The notes under the pieces are model-generated. The model saw only the letters and a program-made list of their open reading frames with translations. It was not told the DNA's origin and did not search any database. From Chitinophagales bacterium (GTDB lineage Bacteria > Bacteroidota > Bacteroidia > Chitinophagales > LD1), in contig JBGAHI010000009.1 of assembly GCA_044226285.1 (NCBI GenBank), positions 69,014 to 133,013 on the forward strand: a DNA stretch of 64,000 nt, written 5' to 3'. Shown here piece after piece: positions 1-8,230 of the stretch; within the stretch, counting starts at the first letter, position 1, and each line of letters begins with the position of its first letter. A program made the position numbers and the translations under genes.

Positions 1-1245
1 GAATGGTGCAACGCCAACCGGATTCATTGTCGCTTTTGCAGTTCCGCTGTTAAGGCCACATGTTGCAGGCGTAGCAACAAAGTTAACGCCTGTTTTCGGA
101 CAATTGCCCGATACCGTAACATTAAAGGAGGTAGCAGTGGTAGCCGATATTGGGCATTGATTGTCTTGCGCATTGATAGTTATGGTATAGGTTTGTCCTA
201 AGTGTGCCGCTGTTGGTGTAAAGCAAAAAGTGCCCGATGCAACACCAGGCGTTGAATTGTTTACGGTAAATGTAGCTGCTTGAGGAAGCAGTCCGGAAAC
301 AGCAGTTAATGCAATGTTGTTATTATCTATGTCTGTGGCCTGAATAGGAATACATAAGTTGGAGCCTACAGTTGCAATTTGTTGAGGTATTGATGTAAGA
401 GCTGGAGGCGTGTTACTACTGTTTTGTATCCAAAGTTGCATTTCATGTACCATTGCACCAATTTTCACACCCCCGCGGAACTCTTCGATAAGCACGGAAA
501 GGACAGCTACTTGAGGCTGAGTAGGAGTGAAGTTTATTTCTCCGGTGCTCGCATTGATAGTTACAGGAGTAGCACTATACAAAGGGTTCGTTACACTTAG
601 CCCTGTTGTGTATGCTATAGGACTAGATGCGTTGCCTAATGGATTAACTAAACTGTATCTTAGTTGATCACCATCCTTATCAAATGCCGTAGGAGAAATT
701 ACTGCCGGGCGGTTACTACAGAAAAAAGCTACAGGGCGATTTAGAACTTTAGGAGAGTTATCCTTAATCGTTAAATTAGGATTAAGCGTGGTGCTAAGAT
801 ACATGGTTTGACCGCTGGGACTTTGCAAATTTGTAATTGCATTATTTCTACAGCATCCACTTGTAAATGCAATCGTATAAGAACCATTGTTCGCTAATGG
901 CGGAAAGGTTCTGGTGGCTTCGAAAATATGTTCTTCGCATCCTACAACTCCGTTGGCTGAAGTACATCGCGATTGTTGACCCGGACAAAGGGGCGTTACA
1001 TCGGTTTGAGATACTCTGTTTAAATTAAAAGAAGCAGCCGCTATTCCCGGACTAGAAACTTCCAAGGATACTGTTGATGGTAGTGTTATACCACTACAAT
1101 CTCGAATAATTTTTAACCTCACTTTATAATCATTTCCGCTTAGGTACTCATAAGTGATTTCTCCACCCATAAAGTGCGATGCAAAAGTTAGTTGAACGGA
1201 TAGAAACACTAATATTAAACTACTGAAAAGCTTGATTTTAGGCAT
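1..1245 (-). CDS. Giant secreted cell-surface adhesin, N-terminal part only (gene runs off the window start)
   Basis: Not in the ORF track because no stop lies in the window. Hand translation of the minus strand from ATG at 1245..1243 gives MPKIKLFSSLILVFLSVQLTFASHFMGGEITYEYLSGNDYKVRLKIIRDCSG... It stays open for 415 codons to base 1. It has a signal peptide, a Cys-containing N-terminal module, then Thr/Ser/Asn/Gly-rich sequence typical of Bacteroidota gliding-type adhesins. Confidence 0.75.
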   Translation of the reverse strand, partial: MPKIKLFSSLILVFLSVQLTFASHFMGGEITYEYLSGNDYKVRLKIIRDCSGITLPSTVSLEVSSPGIAAASFNLNRVSQTDVTPLCPGQQSRCTSANGVVGCEEHIFEATRTFPPLANNGSYTIAFTSGCCRNNAITNLQSPSGQTMYLSTTLNPNLTIKDNSPKVLNRPVAFFCSNRPAVISPTAFDKDGDQLRYSLVNPLGNASSPIAYTTGLSVTNPLYSATPVTINASTGEINFTPTQPQVAVLSVLIEEFRGGVKIGAMVHEMQLWIQNSSNTPPALTSIPQQIATVGSNLCIPIQATDIDNNNIALTAVSGLLPQAATFTVNNSTPGVASGTFCFTPTAAHLGQTYTITINAQDNQCPISATTATSFNVTVSGNCPKTGVNFVATPATCGLNSGTAKATMNPVGVAPF

Positions 1246-1427
1246 ATCTTTTATTGTTTTCGTAAATATAATTTTTATTCTTAATGTAACTTGAATGCAT
1301 AAGAGTTAGAGAGGTTTCTCAATTAGTCTATTCTGATGAATACATTTAAACGCCAACGTTAATCATTGCATTATTCAACCCGATGTCCAACCCTCTGAAA
1401 TACAATTTTCATAAATGTAAAATCCTA

Positions 1428-1439
1428 TTGTAATTACAA
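1428..1439. promoter_or_regulatory. Perfect 12-bp palindrome TTGTAATTACAA 36 bp upstream of the 1475 start codon; possible operator
   Basis: Read directly from the sequence. It is followed by TATATTGC (1449..1456), one base off the Bacteroidota -7 consensus TAnnTTTG. Confidence 0.2.
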
Positions 1440-1474
1440 CAGAAATACTATATTGCATAAAAAGTTTTTCGCCC

Positions 1475-2011
1475 ATGAAACATATGCGTATTAGTATTGT
1501 TGTTGTTATTTTGGCTATTGCGTTTTGGTCGTGCAAGAAAGAGACACCTGCACCTGCACAAAGTTCTTTAGCCGGTGAATGGTCTATCTCACTTTTTTCA
1601 CCTATAGGACCAAGCAATCAATCATTGAACTTTTATACGAATACTTCGGGGAGCGCTAGCTTTTCGCCTTATGGTTTAGCGGTGGGCACTGGTCAGATTG
1701 CAAAAATTAAGTTGATTGAAGCAGAAAGCGGGAAATATTACATTACCATCAATAATTTGGGGAATTGGGTATTGGATAGAAATGGTAGAGCCGGTACTTA
1801 TATTGCTTTTGAGGAGAAGACAAGCGAAAAACACCCCGATAATCTTTTCTTTTTAGAGAAAGTATTTAATACCGATAGTGCCTATTATATCCGTTCGGTT
1901 AGTGATAGTGCTTACATCGCTTACTATCTTAATTTTCCAAATTCAACTGTGTTTATAACGGGAACTCCGTCTAGCAGTACTGCAAACTATACTTGGGTGT
2001 TGCAGAAATAG
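1475..2011 (+). CDS. Lipoprotein of unknown function
   Basis: 178-aa ORF. The N-terminus MKHMRISIVVVILAIAFWSCKK has a signal peptide and a lipobox Cys. The C-terminal 86 aa are duplicated immediately downstream. Confidence 0.75.
   Translation: MKHMRISIVVVILAIAFWSCKKETPAPAQSSLAGEWSISLFSPIGPSNQSLNFYTNTSGSASFSPYGLAVGTGQIAKIKLIEAESGKYYITINNLGNWVLDRNGRAGTYIAFEEKTSEKHPDNLFFLEKVFNTDSAYYIRSVSDSAYIAYYLNFPNSTVFITGTPSSSTANYTWVLQK
1751..2011 (+). repeat. Tandem direct repeat, copy 1 (261 bp, 3' end of the lipoprotein gene)
   Basis: Hand alignment with 2085..2345 shows about 27 differences in 261 nt (about 90% identity). The repeat period is 334 bp. Confidence 0.9.
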
Positions 2012-2036
2012 AACCGTTTCCCGTCCTTTACCAGAG

Positions 2037-2345
2037 GTGCAATACAGCCATTTTTTCGGTCGGCAGGGATGCCAACCGAGGAGAAATAATTTGGGGAATT
2101 GGGTATTGGATAGAAATGGTAGATCCGGTACTTATATTGCTTTTGAGGAGAAGACAAGCGAAAAACGGCTAGATAATCTTTTCTTTTTGGAGAAGGTATT
2201 CAATACGGATAGTGCCTATTATATTCGTTCAGTCAGCGATAGTGCCTACATCGCCTACTATCTTAATTTTCCAAATTCAACGGTGTTCTTAAAAGGAACT
2301 CCATCCAGCAGTATTGCAAACTATACTTGGGTTTTGCGCAAATAA
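2037..2345 (+). pseudogene. 5'-truncated duplicate of the upstream lipoprotein gene (C-terminal 86 aa retained, no signal peptide)
   Basis: The 102-aa ORF starts at GTG. Residues 17-102 are 79/86 identical to the C-terminus of the 1475..2011 product. The first 16 aa (MQYSHFFGRQGCQPRR) are unrelated and not signal-like. It could still be expressed, so the pseudogene status is uncertain. Confidence 0.5.
2085..2345 (+). repeat. Tandem direct repeat, copy 2
   Basis: Same alignment as 1751..2011. Both copies end in a stop codon (TAG in copy 1, TAA in copy 2). Confidence 0.9.
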
Positions 2346-2572
2346 TCGGTTTGACAGCGTTTTTTTTTGTGATAGTTAGCTTTTTATCTTTAGTTGGTGT
2401 TATCACAACCATTCTATGTTCTTACTTTGCTATAAACTGAAGGTGTTGGTTGATGGTGGTAAACGAGATTCCATCAAATCTATGTCCAAGCTTGATTTCA
2501 CTCAGATTGCATGTTGATTGTAGTCATACATTTGCGCTGAGAACATAGCTAAATTTGTTGAAAATTAATACT

Positions 2573-3127
2573 ATGTTGAAGTACAAGTTTGTGTTTAGTG
2601 TTATGCTAATAAGTGTATTGTTTTCGGGTTGTAAAAAGCAAGATACCGATGTTGTAGATCCTGCCGGAACCAATACCATGATTTTGAATAATACTGTTTC
2701 CGATGGTTGGTGTATTCCATTATATAAAGGATTAGATGAGGGGATTACCGGTCCTTCGCCATACCCTTATGTTTATGTACGTTGTGGAATATACGATGCA
2801 GATTTAAATTTTGTGTTTTGGGTTAAACAGGGGGCTGATTTGACCTTCACTCCATGGGGAGGAAACATAGTAGGGCAAGGAGGTGAAATGGTGAATATGG
2901 GCAAAGTAAGCGGTTTAGGAGCTTTAGTAACAAAGCCTACATCGGGTTGGAGCGATAAGTCGGCAGTAGAAGTTGGCAATGGTTATATTTTAAGATTCAA
3001 GCATAGTTTCAATTATAGCGACCCTAATCTACAGTTATATTACTATAGAATGTATGTTGTGGAATGGCTAAGAAGTACCAATGGCGGTATTATTGGCGCT
3101 AAAGTGAAATATCAAGGTCCATTCTAA
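2573..3127 (+). CDS. Lipoprotein of unknown function
   Basis: The ORF track starts at TTG 2555. The ATG at 2573 gives MLKYKFVFSVMLISVLFSGCKK, a signal peptide with a lipobox. I recognise no family. Confidence 0.7.
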   Translation: MLKYKFVFSVMLISVLFSGCKKQDTDVVDPAGTNTMILNNTVSDGWCIPLYKGLDEGITGPSPYPYVYVRCGIYDADLNFVFWVKQGADLTFTPWGGNIVGQGGEMVNMGKVSGLGALVTKPTSGWSDKSAVEVGNGYILRFKHSFNYSDPNLQLYYYRMYVVEWLRSTNGGIIGAKVKYQGPF

Positions 3128-3169
3128 TTCCTCGTCCCTCTGGTTGGTGTTCCGTCTCCAATCATTATT

Positions 3170-3188
3170 AGCTTCAGAAGCTTTTTTC
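3170..3188 (+). terminator. Weak rho-independent terminator after the 2573..3127 gene
   Basis: AGCTT-CAG-AAGCT (5-bp stem) followed by TTTTTT. Confidence 0.4.
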
Positions 3189-3224
3189 CTCTTTGGGTTG
3201 ATTGATTTAGGTAATTTTTACCTA

Positions 3225-3246
3225 TGGTCGGTGTTATCACCGACCA
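3225..3246. terminator. Strong hairpin between convergent genes
   Basis: TGGTCGGTG-TTAT-CACCGACCA is a perfect 9-bp GC-rich stem. It lies 22 nt beyond the stop of the minus-strand gene 3269..4258. Confidence 0.55.
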
Positions 3247-3268
3247 CAGGAGCAACCAAAGGATAAAA

Positions 3269-4258
3269 TTAACGCTTGTTACAAAGGTACTTTTGGAAAC
3301 CTTTGTATATCGATGTGGAGTATCCGTAGGGACCGGCCATGATATAAAAACCAAACATAGGTTTCCCATCTAAACGGTATGTCATTGTATAACCAACATG
3401 CTCATAAACGCCTTGGGTTAATATACAGTATTTTTCTTTGTTTTCACTTTTTAATAGCTTTTTGAACTCTTCATCTGATACAATTTTAACCTCACCGGAG
3501 TAGTATTTTTTGAATTCAGTTAAACTGAATCCATTACTTGATTTAGCTACGTTGTGTTTTTCTAATGTATGTTCTTCCAAAACTAATAAGGTCAATTTTT
3601 TAAGGTCACATGAATGTGCATTAAAACTGGCAAAACAGGTGTTGTTCTTAATGCCATTATCGTTTTCAGGGTAAAACACTTTGATATCATTGCTGAGCAA
3701 CCAGTTTACATTTAAAATGTGAATGGGAAGCATGGTGATAAATTCCTGTTTATTAATAAACGTTGGCTTGGAATCGTAAAAACTTGATGTTGTATTAAAA
3801 TCTGAAATTGAACTTATATCAATTGTTGAGCCAACAATATTGTCACCAATGGTAAACAAATTTGGTAGACCCTTCTTTTCTTTTTGCTTATTGTACTTAG
3901 CTATTGTCTTATCTATGTATGTTTGGTCGGACTTACCAAAACTAAGGTAACAATAGTTTTCACTTGGTCCGTTTAAAAAGAAATATTGTTTTGTAAGCAT
4001 AAGAAAATATTTCTCTAATTTTTTCCCTGCAAGCAATTCATCATAGGTCATGAATTCTACATCGTTAATTTTCCAATTTTCTTTGATTGACGCTTTGAAA
4101 GCCGCATTTACCTCTTCGTCATTAGTGAGGAGAACGGTTGTTTTACCATCTTTGAAATTAAAGGAGGGGAGGTCTTTTTTATTGGCGAAGATTAGCTGCG
4201 CTTTTGACGTTGTAATTGAAAAAAGGATTACTAAGAGGGCAAATAAGTGCTTTTTCAT
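3269..4258 (-). CDS. Secreted protein of unknown function
   Basis: The track ORF extends to 4318. The internal ATG at 4258 gives MKKHLFALLVILFSITTSKAQ, a clean signal peptide. I recognise no family. Confidence 0.7.
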   Translation of the reverse strand: MKKHLFALLVILFSITTSKAQLIFANKKDLPSFNFKDGKTTVLLTNDEEVNAAFKASIKENWKINDVEFMTYDELLAGKKLEKYFLMLTKQYFFLNGPSENYCYLSFGKSDQTYIDKTIAKYNKQKEKKGLPNLFTIGDNIVGSTIDISSISDFNTTSSFYDSKPTFINKQEFITMLPIHILNVNWLLSNDIKVFYPENDNGIKNNTCFASFNAHSCDLKKLTLLVLEEHTLEKHNVAKSSNGFSLTEFKKYYSGEVKIVSDEEFKKLLKSENKEKYCILTQGVYEHVGYTMTYRLDGKPMFGFYIMAGPYGYSTSIYKGFQKYLCNKR

Positions 4259-4340
4259 GATTTTTAATTTTGTGTTGCGAATGTAATTTATTTGCTGTAA
4301 GAGTGAAGTGAAAAACACTTGCGCTAATAAGGGGTAAACG

Positions 4341-4490
4341 CAGACTGCTTCGTTCCTCGCAGTGACGGCTCTTATAAATTATTCGTTAACATAAATCTAT
4401 GCAGTATGCCGCGTGCGCGATTGCAGAGGAAATCCTCTGCGGCTTCCCAGCAGCAGAGATTGGAACGGAAAGCGCGGCAACACGCCCCGA
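4341..4490. other. GC-rich, hairpin-containing island in the suf leader; possible copy of a dispersed Bacteroidota intergenic repeat or a structured RNA
   Basis: It is markedly more GC-rich than its flanks. It contains CAGACTGCTTCGTTCCTCGCAGTGACGG and the hairpin GCAGAGG-AAAT-CCTCTGC (4423..4440). The only ORFs are two mutually overlapping ones (4399..4590 and 4413..4598). Confidence 0.3.
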
Positions 4491-4609
4491 TGTATGGCAC
4501 AATGTTCAAATAACAATTTTCAAATTTTCAATTCGGAATTTCCAATGTCTAAAAGGGAAATATGCACGACAATACTACCTAATGGGATAAAAAATTAATG
4601 CTTTTCTAA

Positions 4610-4626
4610 TTTAGACGTTGTCTAAA
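4610..4626. promoter_or_regulatory. Inverted repeat TTTAGAC-GTT-GTCTAAA; candidate operator of the suf operon
   Basis: Perfect 7-3-7 palindrome 60-76 bp upstream of the sufB ATG. It abuts the predicted -7 box and overlaps the expected -33 position. Confidence 0.3.
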
Positions 4627-4633
4627 TAAACCT

Positions 4634-4641
4634 TATATTTG
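4634..4641 (+). promoter_or_regulatory. Bacteroidota-type -7 promoter box TATATTTG for the suf operon
   Basis: Exact match to TAnnTTTG, 45 nt upstream of the sufB start. No clean -33 TTG at the canonical spacing. Confidence 0.4.
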
Positions 4642-4685
4642 CTGTTTATAAGCGAACATTAAAGGAATTTGACTGTTAAGAATAC

Positions 4686-6131
4686 ATGGCTGAACAAGAC
4701 GAAATATTAACCCAACAGATTGATGGCGAGTATAAATACGGTTTCGTAACCGATATCGAGCAAGAGTTTGCCGAGAAGGGGTTGACGGAAAATACCGTTC
4801 GTTTTATTTCGGCCAAGAAGAATGAGCCGGAATGGATGCTGAATTGGCGTTTGGAGGCCTACCGCCACTGGTTGAAAATGAAGCAGCCGACTTGGCAGAA
4901 TGTGACCTTTCCGGAGATAAATTTTCAAGACATTATTTATTACGCGGTGGCGAAGAAGAAGGCGAAGTTGAATTCGTTGGATGAAGTGGACCCCGAAATC
5001 TTGAAAGTATACGATAAATTAGGCTTGCCGAAAGAGGAACAAAAACTTTTGGCCGGTGTGGCGGTGGATTTTGTGATGGATTCGGAATCGGTGTTTACGA
5101 CTTTCAAATCTTCGTTGAAAGAGAAGGGCATTATTTTTTGTTCGATTGCCGAAGCGATTCAAGATCATCCGGAATTGGTAAAACAATACTTGGGATCAGT
5201 GGTGCCGGTGCGCGATAACTATTACTCGGCTTTGAACGCTGCGGTGTTCTCGGATGGTTCGTTTGTCTACATTCCGAAGGGCGTGCGTTGTCCGATGGAG
5301 CTTTCTACCTATTTCAGAATTAATGCAGAGAACACAGGGCAGTTTGAACGTACCTTGATTATTGCCGATGACGATTCGTATGTGAGTTATTTGGAGGGTT
5401 GTACGGCTCCGAAGCGCGATGAAAACCAATTGCACGCTGCTGTTGTGGAGTTGATTACGCTAGAAAATGCGGAAATCAAGTATTCTACGGTGCAGAACTG
5501 GTATCCGGGCGATAAAGAAGGTAAAGGCGGTATCTATAATTTTGTGACGAAGCGTGGGTTGTGCAAAGGCAACAACTCAAAAATCAGCTGGACGCAAGTG
5601 GAAACGGGCTCGGCCATTACGTGGAAATATCCATCGTGTATTTTGAAAGGCGATAATAGTATTGGCGAGTTTTATTCGGTGGCAGTAACCAACAATTTTC
5701 AGCAAGCCGATACGGGCACGAAGATGATTCACATTGGGAAAAATACGCGTAGTCGAATTGTGAGTAAAGGGATTTCTGCCGGTAAATCGCAGAACGCTTA
5801 CAGGGGTTTGGTGCAAGTGAATGCAACGGCTGAAAATGCGTATAATTTTTCGCAGTGCGATTCGTTGTTGATTGGCGATAAATGCGGTGCGCATACGTTT
5901 CCGTATTTGGATATCAAAAACAAATCGAGCAATGTAGAGCACGAAGCTACTACTTCAAAAATCGGGGAGGACTTGTTGTTCTATTGCAATCAGCGGGGTT
6001 TGAGCACAGAAGAGGCGGTGAATATGATTGTGAATGGCTATTGCAAGGAAGTGTTTCGCCAGTTGCCGATGGAGTTCGCTGTGGAGGCGCAGAAACTATT
6101 AGGAATAAGCCTTGAAGGCAGTGTAGGATAA
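4686..6131 (+). CDS. sufB: Fe-S cluster assembly scaffold protein SufB
   Basis: 481 aa, with hallmark SufB sequence throughout (for example the C-terminus ...[50 protein letters not shown]). It is followed by sufC, sufD and sufS. Confidence 0.97.
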   Translation: MAEQDEILTQQIDGEYKYGFVTDIEQEFAEKGLTENTVRFISAKKNEPEWMLNWRLEAYRHWLKMKQPTWQNVTFPEINFQDIIYYAVAKKKAKLNSLDEVDPEILKVYDKLGLPKEEQKLLAGVAVDFVMDSESVFTTFKSSLKEKGIIFCSIAEAIQDHPELVKQYLGSVVPVRDNYYSALNAAVFSDGSFVYIPKGVRCPMELSTYFRINAENTGQFERTLIIADDDSYVSYLEGCTAPKRDENQLHAAVVELITLENAEIKYSTVQNWYPGDKEGKGGIYNFVTKRGLCKGNNSKISWTQVETGSAITWKYPSCILKGDNSIGEFYSVAVTNNFQQADTGTKMIHIGKNTRSRIVSKGISAGKSQNAYRGLVQVNATAENAYNFSQCDSLLIGDKCGAHTFPYLDIKNKSSNVEHEATTSKIGEDLLFYCNQRGLSTEEAVNMIVNGYCKEVFRQLPMEFAVEAQKLLGISLEGSVG

Positions 6132-6284
6132 AATATATGTTGTTTAGACTCTATAGATATTATAAAACAGGTAAGGCGCTCTATCAGAATTTCCTGAAGC
6201 CCTTTTATAATGATTTGTTAGACGAGGCGAATCAACGAGAAGCACAAAGACAAAAACGTAAAAACAAGAAAACAAAAACAAAGG

Positions 6285-7040
6285 ATGTTAGTAATACGAA
6301 ATCTAAACGTAGCAATAGGCGAAAAGAAAATTCTTAAAGACTTTTCGTTGACGATTAATGCAGGGGAAGTACATGCGATTATGGGTCCGAATGGAACCGG
6401 TAAGTCAACATTGGCTTCGGTTTTAGCCGGTAAAGCTGAATATGAAGTAGAAAGTGGGGAGGTGTTTTTTGAAGGTGTGAATTTGTTGGAATTAACCCCT
6501 GATGCAAGAGCATTGGCCGGTGTATTTTTGGCTTTTCAATATCCTGTTGAAATTCCGGGCGTAACGACTACCAACTTTATGAAAGCCGCTGTGAATGCGA
6601 AACGCAAGCATGACGGTTTAGAGCCATTAGATGCAAAATCGTTTTTGCAATTGATGAACGAGAAACGTCAGATTGTAGAATTGGATAAAAGTTATTTATC
6701 GCGTTCGATCAACGAAGGGTTTTCGGGTGGAGAAAAGAAGCGAAACGAAATTTTTCAAATGGCGATGTTGAATCCGAAGTTAGCGATATTGGATGAAACC
6801 GATTCGGGCTTGGATATTGATGCGCTGCGCATTGTAGCGAATGGTGTGAACTCGTTGCGTACGAAGGAAAATTCGTTTTTGGTGATTACACACTATCAGC
6901 GTTTGTTGAACTACATCGTACCCGATTTTGTGCATATTATGTATGACGGAAAAATTGTGAAAACAGGCGATAAATCGTTGGCTTTGCAAATGGAAGAAAA
7001 AGGATACGATTGGGTGAAAGAAGAATTAGCCGCAAACTAA
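6285..7040 (+). CDS. sufC: Fe-S cluster assembly ATPase SufC
   Basis: 251 aa. Walker A motif [12 protein letters not shown] signature FSGGEKKR, Walker [13 protein letters not shown]. Confidence 0.97.
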   Translation: MLVIRNLNVAIGEKKILKDFSLTINAGEVHAIMGPNGTGKSTLASVLAGKAEYEVESGEVFFEGVNLLELTPDARALAGVFLAFQYPVEIPGVTTTNFMKAAVNAKRKHDGLEPLDAKSFLQLMNEKRQIVELDKSYLSRSINEGFSGGEKKRNEIFQMAMLNPKLAILDETDSGLDIDALRIVANGVNSLRTKENSFLVITHYQRLLNYIVPDFVHIMYDGKIVKTGDKSLALQMEEKGYDWVKEELAAN

Positions 7041-7053
7041 ATAGAAGGAAGAC

Positions 7054-8220
7054 GTGAGTGCGACAATGATAAACGAAGATTTTAGAACAAAGGCAAAAGC
7101 ATTTTTGCAAACGAATGGTATGCCTACTTCGCGCGATGAGGAATGGCGTTTTACCAATTTGCGAAAATATTTGACTGATGCAACTACTCCAGGGGCAACT
7201 ATTGTTGAACTTCCTGCCTATTACCACAATTGCGAAGGCAATAAAATTGTGTTAGTGAATGGCGTGTTCGATGCAGAGCGTTCGCAATTCGATAATACAA
7301 TTGAAGTTTCGAAAACCCATCCATTATTGGGTTCGGGGATACAAGAAGAAAATTATTTTACTGCTTTAAATGCTGCAAACTATACAGATGCACTTTGCAT
7401 TTCGGTGAAAGGTGAAAATCAGCCGATACATATTTTTCATCTCATCACTAAAGCTGAATTTGTATTTCCTCGAATATTGCTTTCTGCGAAACGCAGTAGC
7501 AGTGTGGTGGTGAACGAGTTTTATACTACAGCCTCCACAGCAAATGTTTCAGCGGTTATTGAAGTGTTTTTAGAAGAGAACGCGAATGTAAATTGGCATG
7601 CTATTCAACACGATAATAGCGCATTGAATGTGGTGAATCATGTAGAAGCACAAGTGGCTCGCGATGCACGTTTTCAGTATGTATCATTGTCGCAGAATAG
7701 CCGATTTATCCGCAATACCATACAAGCACGATTGAATGGTGAGAACGCATACGCATCGTTGAATGGCTTTTATCATACCGATGGAGAATCGTTAGTCGAT
7801 AATCATGTATTGATAGATCACAAAGTGCAGAATTGCGAAAGTCATCAGTTGTTCAAAGGCTTATTGGATGGCGAAGGAACCGGTGTGTTTAATGGCAAGA
7901 TTATGGTGCATCAAGATGCGCAGAAAACCAATGCATATCAATCGTCAAAGGCCGTGTTATTGTCGGAAACCGCTACTATTCATACCAAACCGCAATTAGA
8001 GATTTTTGCTGATGACGTGAAATGTAGTCACGGTGCGGCTATTGGTCAGATGAATAAAAACGAGATTTTTTATTTCATGGCACGCGGTATTGATGAAAAG
8101 AAAGCGGCTGCGATTTTGAATTATGCCTATGTGGTGGAATTGTATGAGCGTGTTTCTGATGAAAAGTTGAAAGCGTATTTGATTGATAAATTGAAGAAAG
8201 AGTCGGACATCGACTTCTAA
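7054..8220 (+). CDS. sufD: Fe-S cluster assembly protein SufD
   Basis: 388 aa counted from GTG 7054 (alternative ATG at 7066). The C-terminal beta-helix region ...KPQLEIFADDVKCSHGAAIGQ... is typical of SufD. Confidence 0.93.
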   Translation: MSATMINEDFRTKAKAFLQTNGMPTSRDEEWRFTNLRKYLTDATTPGATIVELPAYYHNCEGNKIVLVNGVFDAERSQFDNTIEVSKTHPLLGSGIQEENYFTALNAANYTDALCISVKGENQPIHIFHLITKAEFVFPRILLSAKRSSSVVVNEFYTTASTANVSAVIEVFLEENANVNWHAIQHDNSALNVVNHVEAQVARDARFQYVSLSQNSRFIRNTIQARLNGENAYASLNGFYHTDGESLVDNHVLIDHKVQNCESHQLFKGLLDGEGTGVFNGKIMVHQDAQKTNAYQSSKAVLLSETATIHTKPQLEIFADDVKCSHGAAIGQMNKNEIFYFMARGIDEKKAAAILNYAYVVELYERVSDEKLKAYLIDKLKKESDIDF

Positions 8221-8230
8221 TTTAGATATT

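Noticed and set aside
1751-2345. Possible diversity-generating retroelement (template/variable repeat pair) because a gene 3' end is repeated just downstream
   Set aside because: The mismatches are not confined to adenine positions of one copy; they are mostly third-codon transitions in both directions. The repeat includes the stop codon. No reverse transcriptase gene is nearby.
4423-4480. GAGGAAATCC and GGAACGGAAAGCGCGGC reminded me of the RNase P RNA CR-I motif (GAGGAAAGUCC) and the SRP RNA domain IV (GGAAGGAAGCAGCC)
   Set aside because: The matches are short and inexact. The region is far too small for RNase P RNA, the other universally conserved blocks are absent, and I could not fold an SRP-like helix around a GNRA loop.
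4399-4598. Two ORFs of 63 and 61 aa in the suf leader
   Set aside because: They overlap each other in different frames and lie inside the GC-rich repeat-like island. Their composition is odd (Cys/Arg/Gly-rich). They look like by-products of the repeat sequence rather than genes.
6137-6337. 66-aa highly basic ORF filling the unusually long (153-nt) sufB-sufC spacer and overlapping the sufC start
   Set aside because: The Lys/Arg richness derives from the A-rich tract (CAAAGACAAAAACGTAAAAACAAGAAAACAAAAACAAAGG) that typically precedes Bacteroidota start codons. I see no independent evidence for translation. It remains worth a look in Ribo-seq data only.
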